Below are positions 56,412-64,000 of a DNA stretch of 64,000 bases, piece by piece. A program made the position numbers and the translations under genes. The notes beneath the pieces were generated by a model. It was not told the origin of the DNA, did no database searches, and saw nothing but the letters and a program-made list of their open reading frames with translations. Each line of letters begins with the position of its first letter. Position 1 is the first letter of the stretch. Source of the DNA: Octopus vulgaris (taxonomy: Eukaryota); assembly GCA_951406725.2 (NCBI GenBank), contig OX597823.1, positions 114,886,001-114,950,000 on the forward strand. The letters run 5' to 3'.

Positions 56412-56562
56412 TATATGCATCAGTTTTGTTCTGTTGGGTGTATGTTTATATATTATTCTATTGTTGTTTACCCAGAGTGGGATGGGTGGAGGTTAGGCAA
56501 CGCATTGTGCTTTTAGAAGCAATGAAAAGATTCCACTCAAACGGAACATCCAATTAAACTGA

Positions 56563-56565
56563 AGC

Positions 56566-56624
<59 letters not shown>

Positions 56625-56800
56625 CAACAGCAGCAGCAGCAGCTGTAGTAGTGGTGGTGGTGGTGGTGGTAGTAGTAGTAATAGTAGTGGTGGTGGGGGG
56701 TAGGTGGAATTGGTGGTGGTGGTGGTGGTAGTAGTAGTAGTAGTGGAATTGGTGGAGGTGGTGGTGGTCGCGGGCGGCGGCGGTCGTGGTAGCAGTAGTT
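56563..56800. repeat. compound (GTA)n/(GCA)n/(GGT)n tract
   Basis: Direct inspection. Confidence 0.9.
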
Positions 56801-56856
56801 GTCGAGATGCAACAAATGTGTGTGGCCAAAAAACGCCTACTTATCTAATGAATCTC

Positions 56857-56919
<63 letters not shown>

Positions 56920-57075
56920 TGTGCGTTTATATTTGTGTTAACGCACATTCGTGCTAGCACCTGTGTGTGTGTTTATTGAATTAATAAAGGTATATGAATT
57001 AATGAAACCATATAAGTACATATGAGAGTGAGGGAGAGAGAGAGAGTAACATAATAGTGGGACAGGCAGACAAAG

Positions 57076-57163
<88 letters not shown>

Positions 57164-57168
57164 GGATG

Positions 57169-57218
<50 letters not shown>

Positions 57219-57268
57219 AAGATAGATAGATACGTAGCTACCTACACACACACATGTATATATACAGG

Positions 57269-57348
<80 letters not shown>

Positions 57349-57381
57349 CAGTATATAGCATATTGTATATATATGTATATA

Positions 57382-57413
<32 letters not shown>

Positions 57414-57488
57414 ATGCATATGCACAATATGCTATATACTGTATACATATATAAATTTATATATACATATATATTTATATATACATAC

Positions 57489-57555
<67 letters not shown>

Positions 57556-58178
57556 CACACATACACATGCATCTATATATATAAAGTAGATACATTTATG
57601 CGTTGCTTTATTAATTCACTTATCTAAATAGTTCTTATAGAAAATTCTTCTTTTCAGAAATGGAAGAATATGAATTTGTCGTTCCCATCCCAACGTTCTT
57701 TGATAAAATAGCCAGGAAAAAAAAAAAAAAAAACATGCGCTGCTTTTGTCCGTTTGAGGCGAAAAACACCGCATAAACTAAGATTCTGTACTAAAGAAAA
57801 CAATAAATATAAACCCACAATGTTTTTTTGTGTTACAGAAAATTAGGAATTGGTAAGTGCTTTGATATTTTATTTCGTCAAAGCAGAATTGGCGGCTGTA
57901 ATAATTCGGATTGGATAGTGAAGACGTCTGTTTTATGTCTGTAAACTGGGCGAGGCTGCAAGGAGTAACAGAAATTGATGATGATAGCCGTAGCTGTTAT
58001 CAGGTCTGATGTGGAAAAAACCTTAACGTATGGCTGTGGTATTTGCAACAATAGCAACAATAATGACAGGTTCGTAGCCAACAACAACAACAGCAGCAAC
58101 AGCAACAACTTAAGAGGAACGACGGTCGTAAATCTAAAGCAAAATATTTCAACACGTAGATTACAGCAGGAACATGTT

Positions 58179-58186
58179 TAGTAGTG

Positions 58187-58256
<70 letters not shown>

Positions 58257-58337
58257 CGTTACCACCATCGCCTCTGACACTACAATCACCACCACCAGCC
58301 ATCATTTTACTACATCTACAACAGTAGAAACAGCAGT

Positions 58338-58393
<56 letters not shown>

Positions 58394-58601
58394 CAGCAGC
58401 AACAGCAACAGGAGCAGCAGTAATAGTAATAGTAATTGTAGTAGTAGTAGTAGTAGTAGTAGGTGGTGGTGGTGGTACTAGTAGTACTAGTAGTAGCAGT
58501 AACAGCAGTAGCAGTGCTGGTGGTAGTAGTAGTAGTTGCAGCAGCAGCAACAGGAGCAGCAGTAATAGTAATAGTGATTGTAGTAGTAGGTAGTGGTTTT
58601 G

Positions 58602-58649
<48 letters not shown>

Positions 58650-59298
58650 TTGGTGGTGGTAGTGGTGGAAGTATTAGTAGTAGTAGTAGTAGTAGTAGTC
58701 GCGTTGCCACCATCGCCTCTAACACTACAATTCCCACTACTACCGGAACCACAACTACTACAACATCCGCAGCTACTCTCATCATTACCACTGGCATCAT
58801 CGTCACTACCATTACCACCACATCTGCAGACATCGTTAACACCACCACCACCACCACCACCACTGCCAATACTACAAATTCCAACGCAAATACCACCAGC
58901 AACCACGCTACCACCACAATCACTTTCACCACAACTTTCACTAACATTATCATTAGCAACAGCAACGCCATCATTATTATCACCATTGCCACAATTGCAA
59001 CCACCGCCACCATCAACCCCCACCTCCAACACCATCAGCATCACAACCCCATCACCACCAACACCATCACCTCCAACACCAGCATAATCAGAACACCGTC
59101 TCCACCCTCACTAACACCACCAACTATACCAGCACCACCACCAACACCATCACCATTAGAACACCATCTCCACCAACACTAACACCGCCAACACCACCAC
59201 CACCACCATTATCAACACCACTAACACCGGCTCCCCCAACAACACCATAATCGCCACCATCAACACCACTACATACTATCACCTCCACCATTACCACT
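58179..59298. repeat. complex trinucleotide region (GTA/GCA switching to ACC/ACT) with internal higher-order duplications
   Basis: gcgttaccaccatcgcctctgacactacaa (58256) recurs at 58701; gcaacaggagcagcagtaatagtaatagt recurs at ~58405 and ~58547. Confidence 0.85.
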
Positions 59299-60692
59299 GC
59301 TGTTCATCGGACACTTAAATTTTACATGTTCCACATGTAAATATTAATAAGCAGACGTTTTCTGAAAGAACTATATGCGTCCTTCGCAAGAGGACATTTT
59401 CCTTCATCAATTTATTTACGGGTTTGGCGAGAAAGAAGCAGTCAAACAACTAGCATCGTGTTAGAGCATGAGGGTTGAATTGTTGCAAGAATATAGATTA
59501 TATGGGAGAAAGAAATAAGAAGGTGCACAGTTAGTCTCTCACGAGAACGGCGCGGTGATTTACGAAGAGTTAACACTTTATGAAAGCTCTGAGAATAAGA
59601 CTGTAAGAAGGTTTTTCGTAGCTGTATTAAAAGACGCATTTATCTGTGTCATGGCTGGCGTTGAAAGCGGTGAGATTGCTTTAGAGACGAATATGATTGT
59701 GTATTATATATTTTTATAATTATCTCTTTTATAATTATATCTTTTATAATTATCTTTTATAATTATCTCTTTAATCATTATTTCTTTTATCAGTACGATT
59801 ATATTTTTATGATTATATTTTTTATTATTCAATCAAATCAACCACTTTTCCACTTTTCTTCTAAAGAAAGCTTTCCTTCTTCTTCCTTACGTTTCTTTAA
59901 ACTTTTCGATTTTCAATATCTGATCGCTAATTTTTGTAAAATTTATCTAGGTCAACTCTCCATCTTGTCTGTATTTATCTTCCATAATTATTATTTCTAT
60001 TTTTTTAATACAAAACTGCTTATGATCCCTTTATTCTAAATCACACACTCTCTCTCTCTCTCTCTCTCCCTCGCTCTTTCCCCCTCTCCCTCCCTTTGTT
60101 AACGAAGCGTCTACAGAGGAGCATAAACGCTGGTAGACCATCATAGGTGTTTCTTAAAGAATATAACGTGCAAGATGGTTGACAGCGTTGACAATGTTTG
60201 GAATATTGTAAAAGCATCAAGACAATAATATGAATGGCATAAATTGTAGACAACGTTAATACTTAGGTGTACAGCGAGTGAGAGATCCTAGATATGACTA
60301 CAGAAAGTAATGTTTTAAATGAAAAGCAAATTTCATTCCTAATCTAACTAATAATGGCGTCAAAGGTCTTGGCATTTCTGCTGGGCAATAGACGAATATA
60401 GATGACGCCCACATTTCCCGCTATGTAACTTTAAATTCAAACAGTAATGAACATTCTCACGCAATTAAATAGATCTACTGAACCAAACACTTTATTTTAT
60501 CGGCTCTTCGTTAAAATTTGAGTCGATTTTCAGTTAATTCTGAATTTCTCGTTATTAAGCAATCTGTACTTGATTACAGAGTATTTTTAAAATAATATGG
60601 GATGGAGACTTGTTAGGTAATCTGTGTGCGCTAATCGAACTACCGGCTTCCCATTAATCCTGACGATGCTGGATTATTAACGCACGACATAT

Positions 60693-61034
60693 ATGCTGCG
60701 ACTCCCTTCGGTCATGACTGACCATGGGATTGCACCTAGAAAGTTACTCTCTGAGGCACAAGTCCGGGCAAGTTTGTTTGTGAAAGACCAGCAGTCGCCC
60801 ATGGATACCAGCCTCCCCTCTCCAAGCCACCAGTGTTTTCCAAGGGAAAGGCAAAGGGGCCGATACAGCATGGCACCTGTGACGTCGCAACTCATTTCTA
60901 CAGCTGAGTGAACTGGGGCAACGTGAAATAAAGTGTCTTTCTCAAGAACACTACACGCAGCCCGATCCGGGATTCGAACTCACAATCTCACAATCCTAAA
61001 CTCGACGCTCTAACCATTGAGCCATGCGCCTTCA
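60693..61034 (-). mobile_element. SINE family D (tRNA head plus CORE-like segment), full length
   Basis: Minus strand gtgaaggcgcatggctcaatggttagagcg...gagttcgaatccc, then gtgttcttgagaaagacactttatttcacgttg. TSD ca(c/t)gacatat at 60683-60692 and 61035-61044. Confidence 0.88.
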
Positions 61035-61044
61035 CATGACATAT

Positions 61045-61804
61045 TAACGACTCCTTAGTGTCATCCAACAACACCAGAGACCTTGGAATAATCGTTGATA
61101 ATAATTTAAGCTGGAGTTCCCACGTAACCCAACAAGGTTGACTTGGCCCGCAAGATGTGCTCCTGGATTCTGAGAACTTTCTGGTCTAGAGATGCTCACA
61201 CCATCATCCTTCTCTACACTACTTTTGCCCGTATCCGTCTCCATCTTGAATACTGTTGCTCACTGTAGTCTCTCCAGAGGCACTCTAGAGGTCAATAACA
61301 AGAAAAATAGACGGCATGACAGGCATTGACTATTGGGTCAAATAAAAAAACTCAATCTCTACTCTCTCCAACGCCGTCGTGAGTGCTACATCATTTGTGG
61401 AAAATATTCCATCAATATTGCACAAAAGATGTTGGCATCAATTTTATAATTTACCCAAGAATGACCTCCCGTGCTATCAGCCCACAACAAAAATCGAACT
61501 CAAGGCACATAACAACATTACGACACAACTAATTTACCTCAACCTGCCCAGCTCTCCTTAATATTATACCAAAATACATGAAAACGGAAACAGATTCAAA
61601 AGTTCTCTGGGTAAATTTTTCCAAAAATTCCCGGGCCAACCTGAATATGTCTCCATAAATAATACCTTTTTGCTAGAGTATGCTATGATGTCCCATATTT
61701 GACTGAGTTGTGGATCACGAGATCTAAAAGACTTCACCGGGTGGTACTATTAAGTTAGACATGGCCTGGGCCTATAGTGGTCGAAACCTATCTAAGTTAT
61801 CTAA
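61045..61804 (+). mobile_element. CR1-clade LINE 3' fragment (end of RT and C-terminal region), decayed
   Basis: TRDLGIIVDNNLSWSSH / KVDLARKMCSWILRTFWSRDAHTIILLYTTFAR..LEYCCSL / KKLNLYSLQRRRECYII; ends in short repeats tatctaagt-tatctaat. Confidence 0.85.
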
Positions 61805-61914
61805 TTTAAAGGCTGTAACTGGTTGGTTAGGCTTCCAAGAATTACAGCGAACTGGGTCTTCAGTTCTCCAAGTTTCCTTTTAACAAGTTAGGTTCTATGA
61901 GCCCGAAACTTTAG

Positions 61915-62560
61915 GCAATGTTCTTTTAAAAATTATAAAATGCGGAAGTTTTTGTGCCATCAGCGCAGCATTCTAATACAACTGTGTAGTGTGTCTTTTC
62001 ATTGCCACATGTTTTAACAGTCATAGTTTAGCACCCTTGGATTCTACCGTCTTGTTTGATGGTGCATCAGATTTCAAAGGGACTTCCTCCATATTTGCTT
62101 TCTGTGAAAGTTCAAAATTAACTTCTTTTCATGTATTAAGGACATTCCAGTGGAACTTAATAGTTTGATCTTCGTATTCAGGGGATATTTTTGGTCCTAT
62201 TCTTGTCCTAGCCCTCAAACAGAGATTATGTCTCCTCATAAATTTGGAACACCATGATGATGGCCCTTTAAAATCATTGATATCTCTGTTCATTCCAATA
62301 AGTCTTGAATGATACACAATCATTTTAGTGGATACTGAAAAGCCCGATCTTCTTTGGTCTAAAACACAGGATTTTTAATCCTTCTTCTATTTCAGGTCAC
62401 CTTACAACTCCCCCGCGGAGGCAGTGCTTGCTGCGTTTAGCAGCTTTCAGCTGTTCCTGTTTCCTCCAAGTCCTTACTATTTTCTCGGTTGTAGCGGACC
62501 TAAATACTGAGCAGTTGCCCTATTACCGTGGTCTTTTGCGTATGCTACATCTAGTTTAAT
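61915..62560 (-). mobile_element. pogo-family transposase pseudogene fragment (Brinker-type DBD, CENP-B HTH, start of DDE_1)
   Basis: KLDVAYAKDHGNRATA; DFKGPSSWCSKFMRRHNLCLRARTRIGPKISPEYEDQTIKFH; ANMEEVPLKSDAPSNKTVESKGAKTMTVKTCGNEKTHYTVVLECCADGTK. Confidence 0.88.
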
Positions 62561-63065
62561 TTTTTTGTTTTTTTTTTGTTTTTTTAGCCATGGATTTGGA
62601 TTTCAGCCAAGGATCTGTGCGAAATGTACCGTAAATAAACTTACAGGTACGTTATGGAAAACCGTACCCCAACTCTTGTCTCTCATCAGATCAGCTGTAT
62701 AGCTGTTTATACTATGGGAAAAGATATTGCTATACAGGATGAGCTACTCGTATTTCTAGATGTGATGTTTTCTGTTACCGCGACAGGCCACAGTGTGGAA
62801 AAAAGGGAAAAAAAGACTAAAAGAGCCAAATACAAATGAATGACCAAAAAAGGAACACGACAGGAAGGAGACGCTGTGGTAAAAGTGAAGCGTCTGACAC
62901 ATCATCTCATCTGACCGTCACAAATGGCTGCCAGACAGATGAAGGATTATTTTTCATTTAGATAAAGAACAAATACTACTTAAAGTTAACGCAGTCGTTA
63001 AATAATGTAATACATTTATCAGGTGTGATTTATGTATGCTGGAGAAGGAGGTAAGTGAGGAGGAA

Positions 63066-63219
63066 TTTCAACCGTGTTTCGTGGTCTGCTACCACAACAG
63101 CTCCTTTATAGGATCCAGTTAGCTCAAGACATCATCAGGAGGAACCACGGCCGGTTTCGGCCCCTACACTTCTACTGTTTTGACGTGACGCCCCCCCCTT
63201 TCGGAGGTGTCTTCAGCTC
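63066..63219 (-). ncRNA. two abutting hammerhead-like cores
   Basis: Minus strand gag-CTGAAGA-...-GAAACC-ggccgt-GGTtc-ctc-CTGATGA-...-GAAAC-acg-GTT-gaa; stems only partly supportable. Confidence 0.4.
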
Positions 63220-64000
63220 TGGTGTTCGGTGCATTTCTTCCTTCTTCTTTCTTCTGTTCCCTGGCCTCTTCGATGTATCGTCAGCGAGTATCAGCCGGTG
63301 ACTGACTGTCTTGTCAAATTTTCCCCTTGAAATACCTGCCGCATAGGCTCCAGCAGGCAGCCCCAGCAAGTTGTCAAGTGACACTGTCTCACCTTAACTG
63401 ACTAGTTAAGGCGCGTAGTTTTAGCCTTCCCTCATAATTGCTGACGGTATCGTAAGATATTTTTCGTAAATTTATAAAAACAGACTGTGATAATTCGGCT
63501 AGTTTTCAATTTGGCTTGTTTTTATTGTATTATTATTACCAACATTTTTGTGCCTAGAGAACTTACCCGGTATGGTCGTCCGACTCCTTACCCTGTGACG
63601 CTCGGTCTCCGATTCGTTATACGACCGCATTTAACGCAGAGCTAGTTTTTGATACGTTTAAAAATAAGAAAAACGCGTCAAATATGCTGGCAAACACTGT
63701 ACATCAATATGGCTGCCATTGTGATTGGTTCGATATTCTTATTTCGTAATTACTGCTTATATTCTCTAAGTAGAGTTAAACTAAAGAACGCAGATAAAAT
63801 TTCCGACGAATTATTCTACGTTTAAATATTAAATTCAACATACATCATCAAATATAATGTTAACCTGCCACCTATTAAAGCTGTCAGAAATACGAGCAAG
63901 TTCACGAAACCATTCGGAACGATTTTCTTCAGTGTCCGTGCATTGTTGATTTGCTAGATTATTATTATTATTATTATTATGTGTCAGCCCTTCTGGCCAA

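Noticed and set aside
58000-59182. Mucin-like or low-complexity ORFs (338 aa, 239 aa)
   Set aside because: Trinucleotide repeats open in several frames on both strands; no domain or gene structure.

Overview
AT-rich, microsatellite-saturated eukaryotic DNA (intergenic or deep intronic). The repeat repertoire looks like an octopus or other cephalopod genome, which is an inference from SINE types and (TA)n/(TATG)n/(GATA)n density. No intact host protein-coding gene is supported, and almost all listed ORFs are read-through of simple repeats. The window is a nest of mobile-element remains: four tRNA-derived SINE lineages with swapped heads and tails, decayed R4/Dong-type, RTE and CR1 LINE pieces, a Tc1 element split by two non-autonomous Helitrons, a pogo fragment, a hAT-like MITE, and Penelope-like (PLE, GIY-YIG) remnants. 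The main signal is about a dozen hammerhead-ribozyme-like motifs (CUGANGA...GAAAC..GUH), most with a recognisable stem I. They sit mainly in short cassettes bounded by microsatellites. One case is a near-perfect 1.36-kb foldback built from a circularly permuted 564-bp unit with one hammerhead per unit. Another is a PLE rebuilt from fragments that carries an inverted ribozyme-bearing pLTR. Together these suggest a microsatellite-targeting PLE/retrozyme system. All folding and family calls were made by eye and need computational confirmation.
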